This document shows, in pieces, positions 20,256 to 29,039 of a stretch of 64,000 nucleotides of DNA. This stretch comes from Coprothermobacterota bacterium. GTDB lineage: Bacteria > Coprothermobacterota > HKB111. Every line of letters begins with the position of its first letter. Positions within the stretch are counted from its first letter, which is position 1. The position numbers and the translations under genes were made by a program. The notes beneath the pieces are model-generated. The model had not been told where the DNA came from. It searched no databases and saw nothing but the letters and a program-made list of their open reading frames with translations. Location of the stretch: positions 69,630-133,629 of the forward strand of contig JBBIIY010000002.1 of assembly GCA_037446255.1 (NCBI GenBank), written 5' to 3'.

Positions 20256-21839
20256 TCAGGAAAATAACTCCTGACGGGCCATCGCAGGAGCGATTGTTCC
20301 CAAAGAAAGTAGTTTATTATGAAAATCTTTCAAATTAAATTTTTCACCTTTTTTAATTTTATAGTCATTTACTAAACTGATAATCTCCCGCTTTCCGGTA
20401 AGATAAGAAAGAGGCTGTGCGGGATTATAAGTATATCTTTTAACTTCGGCTTCAGCCTCACTCCTTTCCAGATAAGCTTGTTCTATAAGAAAATTAATAC
20501 CTTCTTCAACTGTCATGCTCTGAGTGTGTAATTTAATATCAATAATTACCCGGGCGGCTCTCCAGAGTTGGTCTTTAAAGCGAATTAAACGAAAAACCGG
20601 GTCTGAAAGGTAACCCATATTGTCCATCAACTCCTCGCAGTAAAAAGCCCAACCTTCACTAAAAAGAGGTGAGTAAGATACTTTTCTAATCAAAGACTCA
20701 TTTGCACCGGAGGAAGATATCTGTAAATGATGTCCTGGGTAAGCTTCGTGCACTGCAGTAATAGGTATACTTTTTCGATAGTGGGTTTTCAATCTTTTAT
20801 CATCAGTGGGAGTTACCCAAAATCTTCCAGTTTGATTTTTCTGCAATAGAGGAGGTGAAACATAACCTACATAGGGAAAAATTGTTCGTGCAAACAGAGG
20901 GGTTTCTTCAATAATTAAACTCTCACTAAAAGGAAAGTCAACCAGATCTTTGTCCAGAACAAACTTCCTCACCCTGGAGGTCTCTTCTCTATACTCATTT
21001 AATAGGCTATCGGTTGAGGGGAAGTCATCTCTTAATTTCTCAAATATTTCCTGTGGAGAAAGTCCCGGCTCAAAAGAGTTACATAATCGCTCTAACTGAA
21101 CCTTGGTTTCTTTAAGCACCATTTCCCCCCAGGATAAAAGTTCTTCAGGGGTATAATAGATAAAATGGTCCTCTAACAATATCTTTCTAAACATCTCCTT
21201 TCCTACTGCGAAATCATCTTTAGTGGTTGGCAGTGTCTCCAAATAAGATAAAAAATTCCGTAGGGATTCACTTGCTTTTTCTATTAATCTATCTACCTCT
21301 AACCTCTGGTCATATTTTTCAAAGAGAGGAGGGATAACGAATTTTAAAAACACTAATCCACTTTGACCAATCTCCTGAGCAATTTTTATGAATGTTGCCG
21401 GTGGATCTACAAGGTTCATTTTTCCCTCACTTAAAACCCTGTTAATCTCTACCAGTCGATTCTTTATGTTTTTCAATCTTTCTTCTTTTGGCAAATAATC
21501 CCTGGCAATCAACAAATATAAACCATATAAAAAAGAATATATGTAAATTACTGGCAGTTTATTGGGTAATTTAAAATCTACAAGATTTCTTAATTTGGTG
21601 TTTAAGAAAGAATTAAATATTTTATAATCTACTCTTTCACTGATAGATAATTCTTCTATTTTAATTTCCTTAAGTTTATCCTGATAATCTTCAAGAAATG
21701 AGATTTGAGAAGCGATACTAACTTTATCATACCGAGCTAAAAGATGGTCATAATGATGATTACCTTGCTGAGTTGATAAAACAGGGTTATAGTAAAAATA
21801 ATTTTCTAATCCCTCTTCAATTATTTTTTCCAGTTTCAT
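20256..21839 (-). CDS. DUF885 family protein with HExxxH-like motif (HEAYPGHH); putative zinc-dependent hydrolase
   Basis: 527 aa; DUF885-like layout; last gene of an apparent four-gene minus-strand operon. Confidence 0.6.
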   Translation of the reverse strand: MKLEKIIEEGLENYFYYNPVLSTQQGNHHYDHLLARYDKVSIASQISFLEDYQDKLKEIKIEELSISERVDYKIFNSFLNTKLRNLVDFKLPNKLPVIYIYSFLYGLYLLIARDYLPKEERLKNIKNRLVEINRVLSEGKMNLVDPPATFIKIAQEIGQSGLVFLKFVIPPLFEKYDQRLEVDRLIEKASESLRNFLSYLETLPTTKDDFAVGKEMFRKILLEDHFIYYTPEELLSWGEMVLKETKVQLERLCNSFEPGLSPQEIFEKLRDDFPSTDSLLNEYREETSRVRKFVLDKDLVDFPFSESLIIEETPLFARTIFPYVGYVSPPLLQKNQTGRFWVTPTDDKRLKTHYRKSIPITAVHEAYPGHHLQISSSGANESLIRKVSYSPLFSEGWAFYCEELMDNMGYLSDPVFRLIRFKDQLWRAARVIIDIKLHTQSMTVEEGINFLIEQAYLERSEAEAEVKRYTYNPAQPLSYLTGKREIISLVNDYKIKKGEKFNLKDFHNKLLSLGTIAPAMARQELFS

Positions 21840-21848
21840 ATCATGTAT

Positions 21849-22616
21849 TTATAATGCTCCATTAAATAAATCTTCCTCCGGGGTAAGTGATATTTCACTC
21901 ATTCCAACTTCGCTATCTTCCCAGGTTAGATTTTTGACTATAGAAACGGGAATTGCTTCTGTGGATTGACCGATTACTAATTCTGTGGCGGAAGCAATTT
22001 CATCAATAATAGCGGTGTTTTTGACTCTTAATTCTTTTCCATAAAGATCCCCTGTATGCCGATAATCTCTAAAAGGAAAAATACCCGAAAAGCCGATTGC
22101 TAAATCCACCTGACCTCTTCTGAAGGGTCGACTATAAGTATCGGTAATAATTACCGCTATTCTTTTATTAATTAATTTTTGTAAGCCTATTTTAATTAGT
22201 TTAGAAGATTCATCAGGATTTACCGGCAATAAAGAGTAAAGAGTATCGCCAGGTACATTAGATCTGTCTGCGCCTGCATTTAAACATACATTACCTTGAA
22301 TATTTCTAACAATCAGCCCTTCCGGTGTTGCTTTAACCACTTCAACAGTATCTGATAAAACCAACTCAATCAGTCTTGGATCACGTAAAGTTGCCTCACC
22401 TAATTCCAGAGCTTTTTTAGAAGGAATAATATTTTCCAGGTCATATACCCTTCCTTCAGCTTTAGACACTATCTTTTGGGTTACCACTATAATGTCGCCA
22501 TCTTCAATATTTACACTTTCTCTTTTACATGCCTCAACTATTATAGCTGGTATATCATCTCCTTCTTTAATTATAGGTATAGTTTGTAACCCGGTGATTG
22601 TTAATGTTTTTGCCAT
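21849..22616 (-). CDS. CofE-like protein (coenzyme F420-0:L-glutamate ligase / gamma-glutamyl ligase family)
   Basis: 255 aa; N-terminus TITGLQTIPIIKEGDDI...GDIIVVTQKIVSKAEGR characteristic of the CofE/FbiB N-domain fold. Confidence 0.6.
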   Translation of the reverse strand: MAKTLTITGLQTIPIIKEGDDIPAIIVEACKRESVNIEDGDIIVVTQKIVSKAEGRVYDLENIIPSKKALELGEATLRDPRLIELVLSDTVEVVKATPEGLIVRNIQGNVCLNAGADRSNVPGDTLYSLLPVNPDESSKLIKIGLQKLINKRIAVIITDTYSRPFRRGQVDLAIGFSGIFPFRDYRHTGDLYGKELRVKNTAIIDEIASATELVIGQSTEAIPVSIVKNLTWEDSEVGMSEISLTPEEDLFNGAL

Positions 22617-22643
22617 TCTCGCCTCCGTTTTATTTCCTGATTA

Positions 22644-23792
22644 TTATAACTTCTTACCAAAAATAAAGAACTTCTTATAAGGTACTCCCCCAGCATTTTT
22701 AATTACATTATTTATTCCCCAGTTATCTTCAAGAGTCATTGAGGCTTCTCCCCAAGTATAACCTTTTTTACTAACTTCTAAAGCAGTTTTGGTATATAAT
22801 AGCGCACTTAAACCCCGGTTTCTATATTCTTCCAATACACCAAGAATAAATACTCTCATTGATTTCATTTTTCTAAACTTTAATCTATAAAGCAATTTGG
22901 CCAGGTTCCAGGGAGAAATATTACCATTAAAATCGCTTATAAATTCATTTATATTGGGTAAAGTTACTGATACTCCCACTGGCTGTCCATCAATATAAGC
23001 GAATAAGATTAAGTTCGGGTCAATAATACTCTTAAGTTTTGAGCCTACATATTTTACATCATCGTCAGTAATTGGAGTAAAGCCCCAGTTATTTTTCCAG
23101 CATTCATTATAAAGATATTTGATTATTTGCAATTCCTCGTCAAATTTCTTCATATTCACATTTCTAATTTCTACCTGAAATCTCTTTTCCAGGTTATTAG
23201 TTACACTCTTTAACCAGCCTTCTTTTTCAGTAAAAGCTTTTATTTCTACTTGCCAGGCATACCAGGTTTTAACTATTTCAAATTCGCAGTTAACTAATAA
23301 ATCTGGATAATATGGAGGATTATATCCCGTTAGTATAACCGGCGCTGAAAAACCTTCTGCTAAAACTCCTATTTCATCGCTCATGGTTGGACTTATTGGC
23401 CCTATTACATCGGTCATTCCTTTTTCTTTTATCCAGTTACAAGAATTCTCTAAAAGAAGTTTACTCGCATCTAAATCATTAACGCATTCAAAAAAACCAA
23501 AATATCCAGTTTTAGACTGATGATAATCCACATATTGAAAATCTATATGAGCAGAGACCCTACCAATTATTTTACCTTTAAACTCAACCATGAATAAATG
23601 CATTTGACCATGCTTAAAAAAGGGATTTAAAGAAGGAGAAAAACTTTGTGATAATTCTACCCTAAGAGGGTGTATATAATTCCTGTCACCTTTATATATT
23701 TCATTTTTGTAAGTGAAATCAATAAATTTATTTAAATTATTTTTATCATTTACTGGAAAGTCAATAATTCTATAATTATTCATATATTTCAC
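22644..23792 (-). CDS. Tandem GNAT-fold acyltransferase-like protein
   Basis: 382 aa; C-terminal half carries the acyl-CoA binding signature (EEYRNRGLSALLY); the N-terminal half looks like a second, degenerate GNAT-like domain. Confidence 0.5.
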   Translation of the reverse strand: MKYMNNYRIIDFPVNDKNNLNKFIDFTYKNEIYKGDRNYIHPLRVELSQSFSPSLNPFFKHGQMHLFMVEFKGKIIGRVSAHIDFQYVDYHQSKTGYFGFFECVNDLDASKLLLENSCNWIKEKGMTDVIGPISPTMSDEIGVLAEGFSAPVILTGYNPPYYPDLLVNCEFEIVKTWYAWQVEIKAFTEKEGWLKSVTNNLEKRFQVEIRNVNMKKFDEELQIIKYLYNECWKNNWGFTPITDDDVKYVGSKLKSIIDPNLILFAYIDGQPVGVSVTLPNINEFISDFNGNISPWNLAKLLYRLKFRKMKSMRVFILGVLEEYRNRGLSALLYTKTALEVSKKGYTWGEASMTLEDNWGINNVIKNAGGVPYKKFFIFGKKL

Positions 23793-23823
23793 CTTATAGT
23801 ACTTAGGATATAATCAATCAAAA

Positions 23824-25284
23824 TCACTTTATTCTATTTATATTTCTAATAAACAAAACATAGAATTGTACCATCTTAACCAGATCTACAATCGGTATCC
23901 TTTCATTAATGCCATGAACACGCTTCATATCCTCCAAAGAAATAATAAGCGGGCGAAACCGATAAATATTATCACTAACAGATAAAAAATGTCTTGAGTC
24001 TGTAGCTCCAAGCACTAAATTGGGAATGACGGGTACTCCAGGAAATAATTGATTTATCGTTTTAGATAAAATTGCATATCCTTCATTATCTATACCTGAT
24101 ATTTTTGAAGGATCCCAGCTTTGACCATATTTTTCAACTTTAATGCCTGTATTCTTAACAATTTTTCTTGAATGATTTAACACTCCTTCAACAGTATTTC
24201 CAGGGATAATGCGAAAGTTTACTATTGCTTTAGCAGTGGTTGGTAAAATATTATCTTTAACTCCTGCTTCCGCCATAGTAACCGCAGTTGTGGTTCTAAT
24301 CATTGCTTTAATAAGAGGCGTAGAAACATAAGAACTCAAAAGTGGCCAAAACAGCCATAGGTTAGACATAACAATCTTATACGAGTAGGAAATATAAGGT
24401 ATTAAACTTTCCAGAAATAATTTAGTCACCCTACTAAGTGTCGGTGAGCATTGCTTATTTTCTAAATTGACAATTGCCTGGCTTAACATTCCGATACTGG
24501 AATTTTTGGTAGGCATTGATGAATGACCTCCACTACTTTCTGAAGTTAATTCAATACTAATATAACCTTTTTCTGCAATACCTACTGTGGCTAATGGTTT
24601 CTTAATAAATTTGTTAAAACCACTAACAATTGCTCCACCCTCATCAAGAACATAATCAATTTTAATATTCTTTTCTTTGAGCATTTGAGATATCTGGTAA
24701 GCTCCCTCCCTTCCACCTATTTCCTCATCATGACCAAACGCCAGATATATAGTATCATCAGGTTCAAACCCCTTTTTTAACAGGCACTCTACAGCATATA
24801 AAGTAGAGATAACACCAGCTTTATCGTCTATTGCTCCTCTACCCCAGATGAATCCATCCGCAACTGTTCCCTCAAAAGGGTTGTAAATCCACTCTCCTTC
24901 GGTGATACCCTCAACCGGAACTACATCATAATGCCCCATCAGTAATATAGTCTTATTTTTTACTTTACCTTCCCAGGTATAAAATAGGCTATAGTTGTTT
25001 ATTATTTCTTTTTTCAACTTGCTATGCACCAGGGGGAAAGTTAATTCAAGGTAATTAAGAAAGTTATGAAAGTGTGTTTTATTAACTTCAAAGTAATCTT
25101 TTTGAGATATAGTAGTGTATTGAAGAGATTGGCTAAATATCAAAGTAATATCGTCAACATCAAGGTTTTCTATCTCACAATCATATTTAACATCCTTTTT
25201 GAAATTGAGCTTGTTAGTGCGAAACATAAGGATAGCAACTAAAATAAAAATTATTGTTAATATAAAATACAAACCTATAATCAT
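23824..25284 (-). CDS. M20 family metallopeptidase (ArgE/DapE/carboxypeptidase G2-like) with N-terminal membrane anchor
   Basis: 486 aa; metal-binding motifs GHYDVVPV, DDKAG, HDEEIGG; N-terminal hydrophobic helix. Confidence 0.8.
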   Translation of the reverse strand: MIIGLYFILTIIFILVAILMFRTNKLNFKKDVKYDCEIENLDVDDITLIFSQSLQYTTISQKDYFEVNKTHFHNFLNYLELTFPLVHSKLKKEIINNYSLFYTWEGKVKNKTILLMGHYDVVPVEGITEGEWIYNPFEGTVADGFIWGRGAIDDKAGVISTLYAVECLLKKGFEPDDTIYLAFGHDEEIGGREGAYQISQMLKEKNIKIDYVLDEGGAIVSGFNKFIKKPLATVGIAEKGYISIELTSESSGGHSSMPTKNSSIGMLSQAIVNLENKQCSPTLSRVTKLFLESLIPYISYSYKIVMSNLWLFWPLLSSYVSTPLIKAMIRTTTAVTMAEAGVKDNILPTTAKAIVNFRIIPGNTVEGVLNHSRKIVKNTGIKVEKYGQSWDPSKISGIDNEGYAILSKTINQLFPGVPVIPNLVLGATDSRHFLSVSDNIYRFRPLIISLEDMKRVHGINERIPIVDLVKMVQFYVLFIRNINRIK

Positions 25285-25403
25285 AATTTATCTCCTTAAG
25301 CTATAAATAAGATTAACATTCTATATTATAAAATGTATTTATACATTTTGTTCTTATAAAGAATAGTGTTAAAATTTAAATAATAATTGGATAGGGAGGA
25401 ATT

Positions 25404-27842
25404 ATGGTTAAGTTAGTTTCTACACAAGTAACCTGTAAATGCTTATCTGAAGAATTTACTTTTACTACCACCAATGATGTTTCACCCCTGGAAGTAACTA
25501 TAGGACAGGACAGGGCTATAAAAGCTATTGAGGTGGCTTTGAATATGAAAACCAAGGGATTCAACCTGTATATTGCTGGTCCTCGCGGAGTAGGTAAAAC
25601 TTCAGCTATTAAATCTCTCTTAACTAAAAGGGCACCCAAAGAACCGGTTCCTCCTGATATTGTTTATGTTTTCAACTTTAAATTCCCCGAATCTCCCAAG
25701 CCCTTAATATTGAAAGCGGGTTTAGGGAAAATTCTTTCTCAAGAAATGGTCAATTTTACTAATGAACTTAAAAACGATATTTCCCAGATTTTTGAAAGTG
25801 ATGATTACGAAAAAAGAAAATCAAAAATTATTAATAAAACCCAATCTGAAAAAGAAAAATTTATTAACCATGTCCAAAATCTGGCTAAAGATGAAGGTTT
25901 CACTCTCCAAATAACACCTCAGGGTATTTTTACCATGCCTATGAAAAATGGCACTCCACTCTCCCCCGAAGAATATCAATCACTATCCGAGGAAGATAAA
26001 AAAGCCCTGGAAACAAAAAACAAAAAAGTCATAGAAGAAATAAACCGTACTCTGCGTAATATAAAAAAAATTGAAAGAGATGCTCTGATTGAGTTGAACA
26101 AACTGGATATTGAATTAGTAAAGTTTCTCTTAACCAATTTGAGTGCAGAAATTAAATCGTTATTCAATAATGAACCAAATATTCTAAGTTATATAAATGA
26201 GGTAGAAGAAGAAATTTTGTCTAAAATCAACGAATTAAAAACTCCCAAAGAAACTTCATCTCTAACTCCTTCACCCTTTCCCCTTATAGTAACTGACCCC
26301 TTTGCAAAATACCAGATTAATGTAATTGTTGACAATTCAAACACTGAAGGAGCACCAATTGTTTTTGAAAATAATCCTACTTATTCCAACCTGATTGGTA
26401 GAATCGAGTTTAAATCACAGTATGGTGTCACAACTACCAGTTTTGACCTTATAAAATCGGGATCATTATTAAAAGCTAATGGTGGTTACCTCGTTATTCA
26501 AATATTGGATATATTAAAAAATCCTTATGCCTGGGAAGCCTTAAAAAAATCTTTACAGAATAATGAGGTCAAAATTGAAAATATCGGTGATCAGTTGAGA
26601 ATGGATCCGGTAGTAACACTTAAGCCAGAATCCATCCCGTTGATTAACTGTGAGGTTATTCTCATAGGAAGCTTGCAACACTATTATCTTCTTTATAATT
26701 ACGACGAGGATTTCAGAAAACTTTTCAAAATAAGGGCAGATTTTGATACAGAAATGGATAGAAACTATAACTCAATTTCTAAGTATGCGTCATTTATCAG
26801 TTCCAGGGTTAAAGAAGAAGGTTTAAATCCTTTTAACAGAGAAGCTGTAGGAACGGTTATTGACTATGGTACAAGATTAGCTGGCAACCAGAAGAAACTT
26901 TCTACCAGGTTTAGCGATATATCGGACCTGATCTCTGAAGCTAATTACTGGTCAATGCAGGAGAACAAACAGATAGTTGAACAAGCACATGTCTTTAAAG
27001 CTCTCCAGGAAAAAATATATCGTTCTAATTTAATTGAAGAAAAAATTATGGAACTAATCAAAGAAGGTACAATACTACTTGACATTTCAGGAAGTAAAAT
27101 TGGCCAAGTTAATGGCCTTTCCATTTTAGGCCTGTCAGACTATTCTTTTGGAAAACCTTCCAGAATTACCGCCTCGGTATCTTTAGGAAACCAGGGAATT
27201 ATAAACTTAGAGAGAGAAGTTGCGATGAGTGGTCCTATCCATAGCAAAGGAGTTCTAATTCTTACGGGCTTTCTCAGGGATAAATTTGCCCGCACCCACC
27301 CCTTATCTCTTAATGCCAGTTTGGTATTTGAGCAACTTTATGAGGAAATAGAGGGGGATAGCGCTTCCAGTGCTGAACTATATGCTTTATTATCTGCCAT
27401 TGCATCTGTTCCCTTAAAGCAAAACCTGGCTGTTACCGGTTCAGTAAATCAAAAAGGTGAGGTCCAACCTGTAGGGGGTGTAACCAGAAAAATAGAGGGC
27501 TTTTACGATATATGTAAAGTAAAAGGATTAACCGGTGATCAGGGAGTTATTATCCCTATTCAGAACATAAACAACCTGATACTTAGAGAAGATGTGGTTA
27601 AAGCTATTGAAGAAAACAGATTCCATCTTTATGCTATTGAGAGCATAGATGAAGGAATAGAACTCCTTACTTCAATGAAAGCAGGTGTGAAAGACGATAA
27701 GGGAAATTATGAAGAATGTTCTTTTTATCACATACTTGAAAAACAATTATATCAAATGGCATTAAGCCTGAAAGAGTATGATAAAGAAAAGAAAAGCCGG
27801 GTTAATACCTCCAGAAAGCTCCAACGCCCCCATAAGCCATAA
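25404..27842 (+). CDS. Lon-like ATP-dependent protease (AAA_32 / COG1067-type, with a long helical insertion in the ATPase domain)
   Basis: 812 aa; Walker A GPRGVGKTS. C-terminal Lon S16 proteolytic domain with Ser (GDSASSAELYALLSAI) and Lys (VGGVTRKIEGF) dyad context. Roughly 150-aa K/E-rich helical insert. Confidence 0.75.
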   Translation: MVKLVSTQVTCKCLSEEFTFTTTNDVSPLEVTIGQDRAIKAIEVALNMKTKGFNLYIAGPRGVGKTSAIKSLLTKRAPKEPVPPDIVYVFNFKFPESPKPLILKAGLGKILSQEMVNFTNELKNDISQIFESDDYEKRKSKIINKTQSEKEKFINHVQNLAKDEGFTLQITPQGIFTMPMKNGTPLSPEEYQSLSEEDKKALETKNKKVIEEINRTLRNIKKIERDALIELNKLDIELVKFLLTNLSAEIKSLFNNEPNILSYINEVEEEILSKINELKTPKETSSLTPSPFPLIVTDPFAKYQINVIVDNSNTEGAPIVFENNPTYSNLIGRIEFKSQYGVTTTSFDLIKSGSLLKANGGYLVIQILDILKNPYAWEALKKSLQNNEVKIENIGDQLRMDPVVTLKPESIPLINCEVILIGSLQHYYLLYNYDEDFRKLFKIRADFDTEMDRNYNSISKYASFISSRVKEEGLNPFNREAVGTVIDYGTRLAGNQKKLSTRFSDISDLISEANYWSMQENKQIVEQAHVFKALQEKIYRSNLIEEKIMELIKEGTILLDISGSKIGQVNGLSILGLSDYSFGKPSRITASVSLGNQGIINLEREVAMSGPIHSKGVLILTGFLRDKFARTHPLSLNASLVFEQLYEEIEGDSASSAELYALLSAIASVPLKQNLAVTGSVNQKGEVQPVGGVTRKIEGFYDICKVKGLTGDQGVIIPIQNINNLILREDVVKAIEENRFHLYAIESIDEGIELLTSMKAGVKDDKGNYEECSFYHILEKQLYQMALSLKEYDKEKKSRVNTSRKLQRPHKP

Positions 27843-28965
27843 GTTTTTTACCTGCATCACTTCCTACAACTTCCAATTTTGCTCCAAAACTGAGTACTAA
27901 GGGTGGTAGAAAGCTCTTAGATGAGCCTTCAGTAAAATCAGTTGAATTGCAATTAGAACAGGGTTTCTCACCTGCAATTTCATGGTAATTACATTTATGG
28001 CATTTCTTTAGGTTTTGATTGAAAACTCTGGAAATTATTACCTTATCAACCCTGCCAGTCTGTATTGATTTTAAAGTGGAATCAAATCCAACACAGGCAA
28101 GAATTCCCGAAGATGACCGTTCTAAAAGATTTTCCACCAAAGTTTTTTCTCTAGCTCTTTCATAGCTCCAAAATACCGAAAGTGCTTGAACCATTATATC
28201 CTTAGGATTGGTATCTACAGGAATGGGTATGTTTCCTACAAACATACCCATCTGTTCTTTACTGAAAAGTTTAAAGTATTTCTCATAAATAACTTCTGAC
28301 CCGCTTAAAACAAATTCTCTGATAGAATGTTCTTTGGCTATAGAATTGAAATGGCTGATAGTATTTTTAAAAAATCGTAATTGATTGGCTTCAATCCTAT
28401 CTTCATAAGCCTCTACCCTATCACCTCCACCTATACTTCCCCGGATAGATCCCTCTCTTGGAGAGGAAGGGGGCATAATTGTTTGTTTCCTCCAATCAGA
28501 AGTATCCAGATCCAGGTTAAAAGATTTAATCTTTTCTATTTTGTTGAGATATACTTTGTATATTTCTACCATATTAGAATCAACCATAAATACACCAAAA
28601 GGTCTATATTCCTCAATTATCCAGATAAGCTGGCCTAAATTTGGTTTACCAAAATATATTTCATTCTCCACATTAACTTGAGATGGCAATAATTCTGTAA
28701 TTTCCTTACTTAAAAATAGAATTATAGATTTATGTTTAAACAAAGTGCCTTCAATCAAAGATTTTGCTTCATCTTCAATAGTTTCCAGATAATCTTTTTT
28801 AAAAGGCTCTATTTTCTCTTTCAGGTCTTTAAAAGCAGTTTTTAACCAGATTAAAGAAGGAGCTCTACCGCCATCGCTGGAAGATGGGTCAATATTTAAA
28901 TAAATGCTTAGAACATCGTTATATTCAGATTTTAAGAGTTCTTCAATCTTTATTGCATCAATCAT
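27802..28965 (-). CDS. eRF1/Pelota-like (baeRF-type) protein with GGG in place of GGQ and a CxxC...CxxC zinc ribbon
   Basis: 387 aa; central region resembles eRF1 domain 2 (FGVFMVDSN...; GSIRGSIGGGDRVEAYEDRIEANQLRF versus eRF1 GRGGQSALRFARLR); C-terminal region resembles eRF1/Pelota domain 3 (ILACVGFDSTLKSIQTGRVDKVII); zinc ribbon CHKCN...CSNC. Confidence 0.5.
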   Translation of the reverse strand: MIDAIKIEELLKSEYNDVLSIYLNIDPSSSDGGRAPSLIWLKTAFKDLKEKIEPFKKDYLETIEDEAKSLIEGTLFKHKSIILFLSKEITELLPSQVNVENEIYFGKPNLGQLIWIIEEYRPFGVFMVDSNMVEIYKVYLNKIEKIKSFNLDLDTSDWRKQTIMPPSSPREGSIRGSIGGGDRVEAYEDRIEANQLRFFKNTISHFNSIAKEHSIREFVLSGSEVIYEKYFKLFSKEQMGMFVGNIPIPVDTNPKDIMVQALSVFWSYERAREKTLVENLLERSSSGILACVGFDSTLKSIQTGRVDKVIISRVFNQNLKKCHKCNYHEIAGEKPCSNCNSTDFTEGSSKSFLPPLVLSFGAKLEVVGSDAGKKLMAYGGVGAFWRY

Positions 28966-29039
28966 TGGTTCACCTCCAGAAGTTCTTTTTATAAGATTAC
29001 CACATTTTAGAGTATTTAAAAAAGAGTATAATTATTCTT

